Shown here piece after piece: positions 34,176 through 44,229 of a DNA stretch of 64,000 nucleotides. The DNA comes from Candidatus Multivorans sp. GTDB lineage: Bacteria; Acidobacteriota; Thermoanaerobaculia; Multivoradales; Multivoraceae. Position 1 is the first letter of the stretch. Each line of letters starts with the position of its first letter. The DNA is taken from the NCBI GenBank assembly GCA_965216125.1, contig OZ244152.1, forward strand, positions 4,427,947 to 4,491,946, read 5' to 3'. A model generated the notes under the pieces. The model saw nothing but the letters and a program-made list of their open reading frames with translations. It was not told where the DNA came from and searched no databases. The position numbers and the translations under genes are program-made.

Positions 34176-35930
34176 ATGGGTATCCTGCGCAGCCTGGTTC
34201 GCCCCCGTTCGGGCACGAAGATCCGCGTCCGGGTTTTGATCCGCGGCCGCATCGGAGCCGGCTGGCACGACGTCGACCGCACGTTCCGGCTGGCGCCCGG
34301 CGACACGCTGGCGGAGCTCCTGCCGGCCGCCGACCGTGCCGGTGTGCCGCTCTCCGAGGCGATCGAGAATTCCCCTCATCTGCGCGACACGCTGATGATC
34401 AACGGGGAGCGCTGCCCGCTGGAGACGAACCGCGAACGGCCGCTACGGAACGGCGACGAGATCTACCTGCTCGCACCCGTGGCGGGCGGCAGCGGCGGCC
34501 CCTGGGCGCAGGACAGCTTCGAGGCGCGACTGGATCGCGTGCTCCGGCGCGAGATCGACGGTTGCGAACGGCTGGCCGCGGTCGAACGGCTCTCGGGCGG
34601 CGCCAGCCAGGAGACCTACCGCCTGCGGATCGAAACGCAAGCCGGTGATCGCCAGCTCGCGCTCCGGCGATCCCAGGGCGGCAAGGAGCAAGAAGCCCGG
34701 GCCGTCGAGCGCAGCGCGCCCGGACTCCGGATCGAGGCGAAGCTGATGCAGGTCGCCCGAAGCAACGGCATCCCAGAGCCCGAGGTCTTCTACATCCTGG
34801 CGCCGGGCGACGATCTTGGGGGCGGCTTCGTCATGGAGTGGCTCGACGGCATCGCACTGGGTGCGCGGATCGTCCGCTCGCCCGACCTCGCCGAAGTCCG
34901 CCCCAAGCTGGCCCGGCAGTGCGGCGAGATCCTTGGCCGCCTGCACGCCATCGATCTGGAGGCTCAGGGTCTCGACCGCGACCTCGCACGCCTGAGCGCC
35001 GCCGACTTCATCGAGCAGACCCGGGGCCGCTACGAGGCCCTCGACACGCCGCAGCCGATGATCGACTTCACGGGACGCTGGCTCACCGAGAACCTTCCCG
35101 AGTCGACTGAACAGACCCTTGTTCACAACGACTTCCGCAACGGCAACCTGATGGTCGATCAGACGGGCGTCATCGCGGTGCTCGACTGGGAGATCGCCCA
35201 CATCGGCGACCCGATGCGCGACCTGGGCTGGATCTGCACGAATTCGTGGCGGTACGGCGCCGGCCCCGAACTGCCGGTCGGCGGCTTCGGTACCTACGAA
35301 GATCTGTTCGCCGGCTACGAGGCGACGAGCGGCCACCGGGTCGACCTGAGCCGGGTCAAGTACTGGGAGGTGTTCGGCTCCTACTGGTGGGCGGTCTCCA
35401 CTCTCGGCATGACCGAGGCCTATCGGATCGGCCCGGACCGCTCGGTCGAACGGGTCACGATCGGCCGCCGGACGACGGAGTGCCAGGTCGACTGCGTGAA
35501 TCTCCTCATCCCGGGGTCGGTCGAACTGGTGCAGGCCCCCGATCAACTCGCCGACCCCGACATGCCGCGGCTCGACGAACTCGTCGGCGCGACGCGCGAC
35601 TTCCTGCACGGCCCGGTGAGGGACGAAACGGCCGGGCGCACCCGGTTCCACGCCCTCGTCGCCGGCAACGCGCTCGACATCGTCTACCGGGACCTGCACT
35701 TCGGCGCCGAACACCGTCGCCGCGAACACGAACGTCTGCGCCGGCTGCTCGACGCGAACGGTTCTCTCCTGGAGTTGCGCTGGAAGCTCGTCCACGCGAT
35801 CCGCGACGACGCCATCGGGCTCGACGACAACTGTCTCCACGATCACCTCCGCGCCACCGTGGTCAACCAGATCGCCATCGACCAGCCGAAGTACTCGGGC
35901 TTCAAGACGGCCGCGGCCCGCCGAAGCTGA
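34176..35930 (+). CDS. MoaD/ThiS-like ubiquitin-fold domain (ends ...LLAPVAGG) fused in frame to an APH-type phosphotransferase (kinase) with a C-terminal helical extension
   Basis: Residues ~15–105 match the MoaD beta-grasp consensus, including the terminal GlyGly at 34485–34490. There is no stop codon; the frame continues through SGGPW into an APH kinase with HNDFRNGN and DWE motifs. Confidence 0.75.
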   Translation: MGILRSLVRPRSGTKIRVRVLIRGRIGAGWHDVDRTFRLAPGDTLAELLPAADRAGVPLSEAIENSPHLRDTLMINGERCPLETNRERPLRNGDEIYLLAPVAGGSGGPWAQDSFEARLDRVLRREIDGCERLAAVERLSGGASQETYRLRIETQAGDRQLALRRSQGGKEQEARAVERSAPGLRIEAKLMQVARSNGIPEPEVFYILAPGDDLGGGFVMEWLDGIALGARIVRSPDLAEVRPKLARQCGEILGRLHAIDLEAQGLDRDLARLSAADFIEQTRGRYEALDTPQPMIDFTGRWLTENLPESTEQTLVHNDFRNGNLMVDQTGVIAVLDWEIAHIGDPMRDLGWICTNSWRYGAGPELPVGGFGTYEDLFAGYEATSGHRVDLSRVKYWEVFGSYWWAVSTLGMTEAYRIGPDRSVERVTIGRRTTECQVDCVNLLIPGSVELVQAPDQLADPDMPRLDELVGATRDFLHGPVRDETAGRTRFHALVAGNALDIVYRDLHFGAEHRRREHERLRRLLDANGSLLELRWKLVHAIRDDAIGLDDNCLHDHLRATVVNQIAIDQPKYSGFKTAAARRS

Positions 35931-36002
35931 GCCGGACCCAGCACTTTCCGAAGCTATAGTCACCGGACACTCGTCTCACAGCAGATCCAGGGAGGACGCC
36001 CA

Positions 36003-36593
36003 ATGAAGACGCATGCCATCCGCAGAGCCACCATCTCCGTCCTCGCGCTGGCACTTGTCGCTGCTTCGGTCTCGGCCCAGCGCCAGAGCGGGCCCCGCAT
36101 TCCGCCGGCCGAAGGGGTCCAGAGCATCAACCTCATCCGCACGCTCTCCCATCACCCACCGCTGATGGAGGCCTGGGGCCCGTTCGGCGGCTACATCCTG
36201 CGCGGCAGCACCCTGCCCGACCGCGACCGCGAGATGCTCATTCTGCGCACCGCGTGGCTGAACGAGGCCGAGTACGAGTGGGGACACCACAGCCGCGCCG
36301 CGAAAGCGGCCGGCATGACGGACGAGGAGATCCGCAACATCGCAGTCGGCGAGAACGCCGGGCCCTGGAGCAGCTTCGAGCGCTACCTCCTGCGCGCCGC
36401 GACCGAACTGCACCGGCGCTCGGCGATCTCGGAGCGCACCTGGGCCTTCGTCAAGGCCCGTTACAGCGACCAGCAGATGATCGACCTGATCTTCACCGTC
36501 GGCCAGTACCGGATGGTGTCGATGGCGCTCAGGAGCATCGGCGTCGAGCTCGACGAGGGGCTCGAACCCTTCCCGGACGTTCCGAGGCGCTAG
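36003..36593 (+). CDS. Carboxymuconolactone decarboxylase (AhpD-like) family protein with signal peptide
   Basis: CMD-family core around EYEWGHHSRAAKAAG. Confidence 0.8.
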   Translation: MKTHAIRRATISVLALALVAASVSAQRQSGPRIPPAEGVQSINLIRTLSHHPPLMEAWGPFGGYILRGSTLPDRDREMLILRTAWLNEAEYEWGHHSRAAKAAGMTDEEIRNIAVGENAGPWSSFERYLLRAATELHRRSAISERTWAFVKARYSDQQMIDLIFTVGQYRMVSMALRSIGVELDEGLEPFPDVPRR

Positions 36594-37507
36594 CGCCTCA
36601 GCGCTGCCTTCACCTCGGCCAAGCGGCCGATGGAATCGAGCACCCGCCTCGGGTCCTGCACCAGGTGCCGCACCACAACCTCGTCGTACCCCATCGCAGC
36701 CAGTTCACCGAAACCCGTGGCGGTCCGCTCCACGTCGCCGACGATGAGCGCCTCCGGCGGGAAGCCCCGGTAGCCGCGGGCAATCATCTTCCCCGCCAGG
36801 GCCTCGGCCTCGGCAGCCGTCTCGCCGACGTAGATGTCGCGCCGGATCGCGCATACGCCGACCGGACGATCGTGGCGTTCGCAGGCCTCCCGGTAGAGCC
36901 GGAGTTGCTCCGCCGCCGCTGCCGGCGCCAGGCCGGGCGCCGCCAGCCAGCCGTCGCCCAGACGTGCCGCGCGGTCGATCGCCGGCGGCGCCGAGGCCCC
37001 GATCCAGACCTCGACGGGCTCCGGCGGGCAGGGCGCGATCCGCGCCTCATGCAGTTCGAAACGGCTCCTTTCGCCGCCGGTCGTCACCGTCTCGCCGGCC
37101 CAAAGCCGCCGCAGGATCGAGAGCGACTGCTCGAAACGCGACGGCCGCTGGCGCGCCGAGACGCCCATGGCCGGAAACTGATTGTCGGCCGGCCCGATCG
37201 CGCACTGGAGGATGAAGCGGCCGGAGGCAAGGCTCGCCAGGGTGCCGACCTGCTCCGCGACGATCAGCGGGTGCCAGAGCGGCAACAGGAAGAGAGCGCC
37301 CGCGGGGCGATCCCCCCACTCCGCCAGCATCCGGCCGAGGATCGCGGTGTTCTGGTAGTACGGCCCCGGCGTCGCGTGGTGGTCGCCGACGAACAGCGCG
37401 TCCAGGCCGGCGTCCCGGGCGGCCCGCGCACGGTCCACCATGCGTCGCGCCCCCTCGCGAACATCGGTCACGTTGTAGGCGCTCTGAACTGAAATGCTGA
37501 CCCGCAT
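36590..37507 (-). CDS. LLM-class (luciferase-like) F420/flavin-dependent oxidoreductase
   Basis: TIM-barrel LLM motifs; 305 aa. Confidence 0.85.
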   Translation of the reverse strand: MRVSISVQSAYNVTDVREGARRMVDRARAARDAGLDALFVGDHHATPGPYYQNTAILGRMLAEWGDRPAGALFLLPLWHPLIVAEQVGTLASLASGRFILQCAIGPADNQFPAMGVSARQRPSRFEQSLSILRRLWAGETVTTGGERSRFELHEARIAPCPPEPVEVWIGASAPPAIDRAARLGDGWLAAPGLAPAAAAEQLRLYREACERHDRPVGVCAIRRDIYVGETAAEAEALAGKMIARGYRGFPPEALIVGDVERTATGFGELAAMGYDEVVVRHLVQDPRRVLDSIGRLAEVKAALRR

Positions 37508-37593
37508 GGCTACCCCCCGCCGTCAATGTACTGCACTTCACGGGCTGCTACGATGCGCGCCACCAACAACGCGAAACAACCTGGGACCCCGAT

Positions 37594-37875
37594 ATGCCTG
37601 AACTGATTCTCGCCACAGCCGCATACCCCGCCGGCGGCCTGATCGCCGGTGTTCTCGGCGGCGCCGTCGGCATCCTGGTCGTCATCATCATCGCCGAGGG
37701 CGCCAGCACGGAACCGGTCGCGCCGAGGATGATTCCCCTCTGGATGTGGCTTGCCTTCTGGACCCCGCTCGGCCTGATCCTGATCATGACCGACATGCCG
37801 GGCTGGCTGCGCACTCTGCTGTTCGTGATTCCGCTCGCGCTCACGATCGGGCTGTTCAACCGCCGTGCAGCCTGA
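37594..37875 (+). CDS. Small membrane protein with three predicted transmembrane helices, hypothetical
   Basis: 93 aa, strongly hydrophobic; overlaps the next gene start by 11 nt. Confidence 0.4.
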   Translation: MPELILATAAYPAGGLIAGVLGGAVGILVVIIIAEGASTEPVAPRMIPLWMWLAFWTPLGLILIMTDMPGWLRTLLFVIPLALTIGLFNRRAA

Positions 37876-38671
37876 CCAACTCGCGACCGCGGCCGATGGC
37901 GCAACGCTCCGCTATCGGCTCGAGGGCAGCGGCCCGGTCGTCGCCCTCACGCACGGCCTGGGCGGTCATCTGGACTCCTGGGCGCCCACCGTAGCGACGC
38001 TTGAGGACCGCTACACCGCTCTGACCTGGGATGTCCGCGGCTTCGGAGGTTCCTCAAAGCGCCCCAACGATCTCTCGCCGGAGGTCTGGGCCTCTGACCT
38101 TGCGGGACTCCTCGATGAAATCGGCGTCGACGACGCCGTCATCGCCGGCATCTCGATGGGCGGCGTCATTTCACAGCGCTTCGCGCTCGACTTCCCCGAC
38201 CGCACCCGGGCCCTGATCCTGATCAGCACCTCCAGCGAAGTGAACGAGCGCGCCACCGCCGGGTGGAACGCGCGCGCCGACCTGATCGAACGCGGCGGCC
38301 TGGGCGCCGCCCTGACGCCCACCGGCCCCTCCCTCTCCTACGGCAAGGAGTACCTCGAACGCCACGCCGACGACATCGCCGAAGCCGCCCGTCTCACCAT
38401 CGAGCGCAACGACGCGGCCTGTTACGCCGCCGCCTGCCGCGCCGTCTCCGACATCGACTACACCGCCGACCTCGCCACCATCACTTGCCCCACCCTGATC
38501 CTCCAGGGCCTGGAAGACGGCGTCACCCCACCCGGCGGCAGCGTCATCATGTCCCGCCGCATCCCCGGCGCCCGCCTGATCATGCTCGAACACTGCGGCC
38601 ACTTCATCCCCGCCGAACGCCCCGAAGAGTTCCACGCCGAAGTGGAGGCCTTTCTGGCGGACGTCGCGTAG
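37865..38671 (+). CDS. Alpha/beta hydrolase (3-oxoadipate enol-lactonase-like)
   Basis: HGLGG, GISMGG nucleophile elbow, EHCGH C-terminal His. Confidence 0.8.
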   Translation: MQPDQLATAADGATLRYRLEGSGPVVALTHGLGGHLDSWAPTVATLEDRYTALTWDVRGFGGSSKRPNDLSPEVWASDLAGLLDEIGVDDAVIAGISMGGVISQRFALDFPDRTRALILISTSSEVNERATAGWNARADLIERGGLGAALTPTGPSLSYGKEYLERHADDIAEAARLTIERNDAACYAAACRAVSDIDYTADLATITCPTLILQGLEDGVTPPGGSVIMSRRIPGARLIMLEHCGHFIPAERPEEFHAEVEAFLADVA

Positions 38672-38703
38672 AGCCGGAGGCGGATCCGGAGAGGCGGCTG
38701 CCG

Positions 38704-39687
38704 CTACTTCAAATGGCGGTCGAAGAAGTCGATCTCGGCGGTCATGGCCTTGTCGAGCCAGTCGCCGCTGTAGACGTCGTAGTGGCCCATGTCCCAGGCG
38801 TGGTATTCGACGGGTACGCGGCCGGAGAGGATTTGGGCGACTCGTTGGCCGTGCTCGCGGATGTCGAAGTAGTGCTCCTTCTTCGCGTCGATGATGATGG
38901 TCGGCGCGGTGATGAGGTGCGCGTGCTCGACGGGTGAGAACTTGGCGAAGCGTTCGTAGTACGGGCTGCCGGTGAGACCTTCCGGCTGGGGGCCGCCGAC
39001 CGGGACCGGCGCCACTTCGCCGCGGGCGCGCAGGATGGCCGTCCGGTGGAACCCCTTGAGACCGCCCGGCGCCACGACCAGGCCGGAGCGTTGGTCCATC
39101 GCGCCGACCTGGGCGGCCACCGCCTTGACGCGGCGGTCGTGGGCCGCGCGCCAGATGACGTGGCCGCCGCCGAAGCTCGAGCCCCAGATGCCGATCCGGG
39201 ACGGGTCCGCGTGCGGCTCGCCCTCGACGAACGTGATGGCCGCATCGATGTCCTCCTGCTGGTCCAGCGGGTCGACGAGCTGCCGGATCGCCTGCGCCTT
39301 GACCGTGACGTAGCCGTCCTCGTCGGGCTCGGGCATCTCGCCGCGGACGACGAGGCGCGAATCGCTCTCGCCCCAGCCGCGGTAGTCGAAGGCCAGCACC
39401 AGGTAGCCGGCGGCGGCAAAGCGCGGCGCGATACCGCGGTTCAGGTGCGCCTTCACGCCGCCCCAGCCGTGGCAGAGGACGATGGTCGGCAGCTTCTCGC
39501 CTTCGGCGGTCGCCTTCGGGTAGAAGACATCACCGGCCAGGCGCGTGCCGTCGCTCCAGAGTTCCACCGGCTTGCGGACGAGAGACGGATAGCCCTCGAC
39601 GTCCATCAACGCGCCGGCAGCCAGCGCCGGCGCGGCGGTCACGGCGGCGGCCAGGATTCCGGCCAGGGCCAGACCCCAGCGGTACAT
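38704..39687 (-). CDS. Secreted alpha/beta hydrolase (dienelactone hydrolase / S9-like). Only the C-terminal third of the 976-aa track ORF is real.
   Basis: Signal peptide MYRWGLALAGILAAAVTAAPALAAG, then GIWGSSFGGGH nucleophile elbow. The track ORF upstream of 39720 is an antisense shadow of the 39841 gene. Confidence 0.75.
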   Translation of the reverse strand: MYRWGLALAGILAAAVTAAPALAAGALMDVEGYPSLVRKPVELWSDGTRLAGDVFYPKATAEGEKLPTIVLCHGWGGVKAHLNRGIAPRFAAAGYLVLAFDYRGWGESDSRLVVRGEMPEPDEDGYVTVKAQAIRQLVDPLDQQEDIDAAITFVEGEPHADPSRIGIWGSSFGGGHVIWRAAHDRRVKAVAAQVGAMDQRSGLVVAPGGLKGFHRTAILRARGEVAPVPVGGPQPEGLTGSPYYERFAKFSPVEHAHLITAPTIIIDAKKEHYFDIREHGQRVAQILSGRVPVEYHAWDMGHYDVYSGDWLDKAMTAEIDFFDRHLK

Positions 39688-39840
39688 CTTCCGGGTCGTA
39701 CTCCCGATGTGATCGTGCATTGCCGCTCCTCCTGCAAAGTGCTCAGGGTCGTTTCCGCCGATGCTACCGGAGAGGGTTGCCATGAAGACAGGAGAGCCAA
39801 CCCGCGCCGCGACTTCACATTCGGAGTAAAGTCGCCAGCC

Positions 39841-42078
39841 GTGAGGCGCTTTCCCGCGGCGGCGACCGCCGCAACCCTGTTGCTGTGGGCCGCCGCGTCG
39901 GAGGCTCAAACCGCACGTCCAACCGCCTCGGCGATGACGATCGGCGAAGCGCCGGTGCTCGACGGCGAGGTTCTCGACGACCCGGTCTGGCAGGCCATCG
40001 AGCCAGCTTCGGGCCTCACCCAGACCCGGCCCTACGCCGGCGAACCCGGCACCGAGCGCACGGAAGTTCGGTTTGCGTTCACCGAGGACGTCCTCTTCGT
40101 CTCCGTGGTCTGTCATGACCGCGAACCCGACGGGATCGTCATCTCGGACAGCCGTCGCGACGCGCCGCTCAACGAGACGGACAGCTTCCAGGTCATCTTC
40201 GACACCTTCAAGGATGGCCGCAACGGCTTCGTGTTCGGCACCAACCCGGCCGGCATCGAGTACGACGGTCAGGTGGTCGAGGGCGGCTCCGGCATCTTCA
40301 GCGGCATGGGCGGCAGCAGCCGCTTCCGGGGCGGCTTCAGTACGGGGTTCAACCTGAACTGGGACGGCGCCTGGAACGTCGCCACACAGATCGGCGACTT
40401 CGGCTGGAGCGCCGAGTTCGCGATCCCCTTCCGCACCCTGCGCTACCCGCCGGGCGATGTACAGACCTGGGGTCTGAACTTCCAGCGCAACATCGCCCGC
40501 CACAAGGAAGTCGCCTTCTGGTCCGAACTCGAACGGAACCACGAACTGGACCGGCTGACCGACGGCGGCTCGCTCCAGGGCGTCGAGCCGCCGCCGCAGC
40601 GCAACCTGAAGCTGGTTCCCTACGCTCTGGGCGTCGGCCGTCGGCCGTCCGACGTGGACAGCGACAACGAGGCGGAATCCGATCTCGGCCTCGATATCAA
40701 GTTCAGCGTGACGCCGAGCCTGACCCTCGACCTGACCTACAACACGGACTTCGCCCAGGTCGAGGTCGACGAACAGCAGGTGAACCTCGACCGGTTCAAC
40801 CTGTTCTTCCCCGAGAAGCGGCCCTTCTTCCTCGAGAACGCCGGGTTGTTCACGGTCGGAGCGCGCTCGGGGGGAAGCCGCGCCTCGGCCCGGATCGACC
40901 TGTTCTTCAGCCGCCGGATCGGCATCGGCCCGAGCGGCGAACTGATTCCCATCGACTACGGCGGCCGCCTCTCCGGCAAGGCGGGCCGCTTCAACGTCGG
41001 GCTGCTCAACATGCAGACCGCCACGGTGGGAGGGCTGCACGGCAACAACTACGGCGTCGCCCGCATCAATCGCGAGTTGGGCGAACGCTCGAGCATCGGC
41101 GCGATCCTGGTCAGCCGCGAGGGAGTGGGCAGCCTGGCGCCGGAGAACGACACGAACCGCACCTTCGCCATCGACGGCCAGTGGGGAATCGGCGAGCACC
41201 ACACGATCGAGTCGTACGTCGCCCAGAGCGACACGCCGGGTCTCGAGGGCGACGACACGGCGATGCTCTTGAGCTACAACCTCGGCAAGCCGCAGTGGCG
41301 CGGCAGCCTCAGCTACTCCGAGGCGCGGGAGAACTTCAATCCGGAAGTAGGGTTCCTGTCCCGCACCGCCTTCCGTAACGCCTCCGTGTTCGGCATGCGC
41401 ACGATCCGGCCCAAGGCCCTCGCCGGCCTGCACGAGATCCGGCCGCACGTCTCCTACAGCGCGATCTGGGACTTCGAGGACTTCAAGGAGACGGACTACA
41501 CCCACATCGATGTCCACTGGGAGTGGCGCAACGGCTTCGAAGTCCACACCGGCGTCAACCTCACCGGTGAGGGCGTCAAGGAAACGTTCGAGATCGTCGA
41601 CGGCGCCGCCGTCGCGCCGGGCAGGTACGACCACAGCGAACTCCAGACCGTCTTTCAGACCAACCAGTCGAAGCCGGTCTCCGTCTACATCCGCAACACC
41701 ACCGGCGGGTTCTTCGGCGGCGACCGCAGCTCAACCAGTTTCGGGATGCTCGCCCGGCGCGGGGAACGGTTGACCTCCGACCTGTCCTGGGACCACAACG
41801 ACGTCGACCTGGCCGGGGGCTCTTTCCAGATCAACCTCGGCCGCCTGCGACTCACGTACTCGATCACGCCGCGGATGCTGGTCCAGGCCCTGGCCCAGTA
41901 CAACGATCAGTCGGACGTCGTCTCCACGAACTTCCGGTTCTCCTGGCTGCAGGACGCGAACACCGGGCTGTTCATCGTCTACAACGAGATCGACGAGCTC
42001 GGCCTGCGCGACCTCTTCGCGCGTCCGGACCGCAGCGTGATCGTCAAGTACAGCTACCTCTTCGACGTTCTCCATTGA
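39841..42078 (+). CDS. DUF5916-like outer-membrane protein with an N-terminal carbohydrate-binding (CBM9-like) domain. GTG start with signal peptide.
   Basis: Signal peptide RRFPAAATAATLLLWAAASEA, then a CBM9-like N-domain and a long beta-rich C-terminal region ending in an aromatic residue. Confidence 0.7.
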   Translation: MRRFPAAATAATLLLWAAASEAQTARPTASAMTIGEAPVLDGEVLDDPVWQAIEPASGLTQTRPYAGEPGTERTEVRFAFTEDVLFVSVVCHDREPDGIVISDSRRDAPLNETDSFQVIFDTFKDGRNGFVFGTNPAGIEYDGQVVEGGSGIFSGMGGSSRFRGGFSTGFNLNWDGAWNVATQIGDFGWSAEFAIPFRTLRYPPGDVQTWGLNFQRNIARHKEVAFWSELERNHELDRLTDGGSLQGVEPPPQRNLKLVPYALGVGRRPSDVDSDNEAESDLGLDIKFSVTPSLTLDLTYNTDFAQVEVDEQQVNLDRFNLFFPEKRPFFLENAGLFTVGARSGGSRASARIDLFFSRRIGIGPSGELIPIDYGGRLSGKAGRFNVGLLNMQTATVGGLHGNNYGVARINRELGERSSIGAILVSREGVGSLAPENDTNRTFAIDGQWGIGEHHTIESYVAQSDTPGLEGDDTAMLLSYNLGKPQWRGSLSYSEARENFNPEVGFLSRTAFRNASVFGMRTIRPKALAGLHEIRPHVSYSAIWDFEDFKETDYTHIDVHWEWRNGFEVHTGVNLTGEGVKETFEIVDGAAVAPGRYDHSELQTVFQTNQSKPVSVYIRNTTGGFFGGDRSSTSFGMLARRGERLTSDLSWDHNDVDLAGGSFQINLGRLRLTYSITPRMLVQALAQYNDQSDVVSTNFRFSWLQDANTGLFIVYNEIDELGLRDLFARPDRSVIVKYSYLFDVLH

Positions 42079-42110
42079 ACTCCAACGACACCCGCTGAGG
42101 TGCGCTCGCC

Positions 42111-42749
42111 ATGACCGACTCCGACCTGCGCGTCTACTTCTCCTTCCGCTCCCAGTTCTCGTGGCTGGCCTTCCACCGGATCACCACGACCGGCGTGTTC
42201 GACTGGAACGAGATCGACGCGATCCCGATCTTCCCGTTCGGCAAGGGCGCCAACCTCTCCGCCGGACGGGCCAAGTCGTCCTACCTGCGAGAGGACACGG
42301 AGCGCATCGCGAACGCCTATGGACTCTCCGTCAAGTGGCCGGAGTCCGGCAGCGACCCGGACTGGTTCCCACCGCACCAGATCTATCTCTGGGCACGGAA
42401 GCAGGGCAAGGCAGTCGACTATGCCCGCGAGGCCTTCTCGGCGCGCTTCGAGCGCGGCCTCGATCTGGCCAGCGACGAGGTGATGCGCGCCGCTGCCGAA
42501 GCAGCGGGTCTGGACGGCGACGAAGCCCTGGCCGTGGCGCACGACCCGAAGTGGAAGGAAGCAGTCATGGCCGGCTTCGCCCACACCCGGGACGACGGCG
42601 CCTTCGGCGTGCCGCTGTTCATCTTCCGCGGCGAGCGCTTCTGGGGCAACGACCGGCTCGACTGGCTGCTACGCGCGGTCGCTCGGAGCGAGGGACGGGA
42701 GTTGCCGGACCTGAAAGCGGATCCGCTGGCGCCGGTCTACTCCGGGTAG
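42111..42749 (+). CDS. DsbA-like thioredoxin-fold protein (2-hydroxychromene-2-carboxylate isomerase family)
   Basis: Family signature with a conserved N-terminal YFSFRS segment in a DsbA-like fold. Confidence 0.8.
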   Translation: MTDSDLRVYFSFRSQFSWLAFHRITTTGVFDWNEIDAIPIFPFGKGANLSAGRAKSSYLREDTERIANAYGLSVKWPESGSDPDWFPPHQIYLWARKQGKAVDYAREAFSARFERGLDLASDEVMRAAAEAAGLDGDEALAVAHDPKWKEAVMAGFAHTRDDGAFGVPLFIFRGERFWGNDRLDWLLRAVARSEGRELPDLKADPLAPVYSG

Positions 42750-42787
42750 AGCGGCCGCACCGGTCGCACCCGCCAGTCCGGCTGGCG

Positions 42788-43534
42788 CTATGCGCGTGAG
42801 GGCGCTGCAACGTCGCCCACGATGACGACGCACGGGGGCTCGATCTGGCCGGAGAGGTTGCCGGCAGCGAGGGCGTCCAGGGTGGAGGAAATGACCCGCT
42901 GACCGGGGGTGGTTGCGCGTTCCACGATTGCAACCGGCGTCGAAGGGTCGCGGCCGGCTGCGATCAGGCCGACGCCGATGCGTCTTAGGCGCCGCGACGC
43001 CATGAGGACGACCACCGTGTCGGCGCCGGAGAGGCCCGCCCAGTCGGGTTCGCCGCCGTCCGCGTTGCGCGCGGAGACGACCGCGAAACCAAGCGAAACG
43101 CCGCGTCGGGTCAGTGGGATCCCAGTCACCGCAGCCGCTGCGGTAAGGCTGCTCACTCCCGGCACGACTTCACAGGGCACACCGGCGGACGCGCAGGCCT
43201 CGATCTCCTCGCCGCCGCGACCGAAGACGGCGGGATCGCCACCCTTGAGCCGCACCACGCGGGCCCCGGCCTGGGCGTGTTCGATCATCAGCCTCTCGAT
43301 CCGGCGTTGTCGGGCCTGCACCTCGTCGCCAGGCTGCTTGCCGACATCGACGATCTCGGCGCCCGCTTTCGCCTCGGCGAGAAGCTCAGGCGCCGCGAGG
43401 CGGTCATGCAGGACGACGTCAGCGGCCCGCAACCGCTTCAGGCCGAGAACCGTGATCAGGTCCGGGTCGCCCGGACCGGCCCCGATCAGGGTCACGCGTC
43501 CTGGAGCGCGGTTGGACGCTCTGGCGCCGCTCAT
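42788..43534 (-). CDS. cobA: Uroporphyrinogen-III C-methyltransferase (SUMT)
   Basis: GAGPGDPDLIT and VVRLKGGDP tetrapyrrole methylase motifs. Start at ATG 43534. Confidence 0.85.
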   Translation of the reverse strand: MSGARASNRAPGRVTLIGAGPGDPDLITVLGLKRLRAADVVLHDRLAAPELLAEAKAGAEIVDVGKQPGDEVQARQRRIERLMIEHAQAGARVVRLKGGDPAVFGRGGEEIEACASAGVPCEVVPGVSSLTAAAAVTGIPLTRRGVSLGFAVVSARNADGGEPDWAGLSGADTVVVLMASRRLRRIGVGLIAAGRDPSTPVAIVERATTPGQRVISSTLDALAAGNLSGQIEPPCVVIVGDVAAPSRA

Positions 43535-44229
43535 CAGTCCGGCGACTCCGGTGTGACTCCCATGATCTCCGAAGCCAGCCGGCAGGCTTCGGCGGTCCTG
43601 CCACCCCGAAGCAGAACGAGCACCTCCGAGTCCACGAGCTCGTACCAACGGCGCCGCCGTTCCTCGAACTCGGGTACCGCCCGCGCCAGAGGCCCCCGCA
43701 AACGGCCGGCGAACTCCAGCAGAGCGGCGTACTCCGGACCCAACTCCCGCTCAAGGCGTTGCCGGAGACGTACGGCCAGGGCCGGCGCCCGGCCCGAGGT
43801 CGAGATCGCGATCACCAAGTCGCCGCGCCGCACGATCGAGGGCGCGATGAAGCTGCAGTGATCCCGATCGTCCTCCACGTTGGCGAAGATGCGGCGCTCT
43901 TCCGCCTCGGCGAAGAACGCCTCGTCCCGGGAGGCGTCTCCCGGCTCCGCCAGGGCGAGCACCGCACCCTCCAGGTCGCCCGGAAGAAAGTCGCGCGCCC
44001 TGTGCTCGATCTCTCCGCCTTCGGCCAACCGCGCCAACCCAGGCGTCAGCTCCGGAGCGATGACCCGCACACGGGCCCCGCACGGCAGCAGGCCCGCCAC
44101 CTTCCGCTCGGCGATCGCGCCGCCGCCGACCACGACCACCCACCGCTCCGCCAGCGACAGATAAACCGGATAGTAGGCGGGAGGCCGACTATCGGCGCTC
44201 AACGTGGCTGCAGCACGTGGAGTCCGCAT
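43534..44229 (-). CDS. Precorrin-2 dehydrogenase / sirohydrochlorin ferrochelatase (CysG N-terminal / SirC-like)
   Basis: Rossmann motif VVVVGGGAIAERK. ATGA coupling to cobA. Overlaps the cysH 3' end. Confidence 0.75.
   Translation of the reverse strand: MRTPRAAATLSADSRPPAYYPVYLSLAERWVVVVGGGAIAERKVAGLLPCGARVRVIAPELTPGLARLAEGGEIEHRARDFLPGDLEGAVLALAEPGDASRDEAFFAEAEERRIFANVEDDRDHCSFIAPSIVRRGDLVIAISTSGRAPALAVRLRQRLERELGPEYAALLEFAGRLRGPLARAVPEFEERRRRWYELVDSEVLVLLRGGRTAEACRLASEIMGVTPESPD

Noticed and set aside
38704-41634. 976-aa reverse-strand ORF suggesting a giant protein
   Set aside because: Only its last ~328 codons (38704–39687) encode a coherent secreted alpha/beta hydrolase. The upstream part is a V/D/E/R-rich antisense shadow of the genuine forward-strand DUF5916-like gene (39841–42078).
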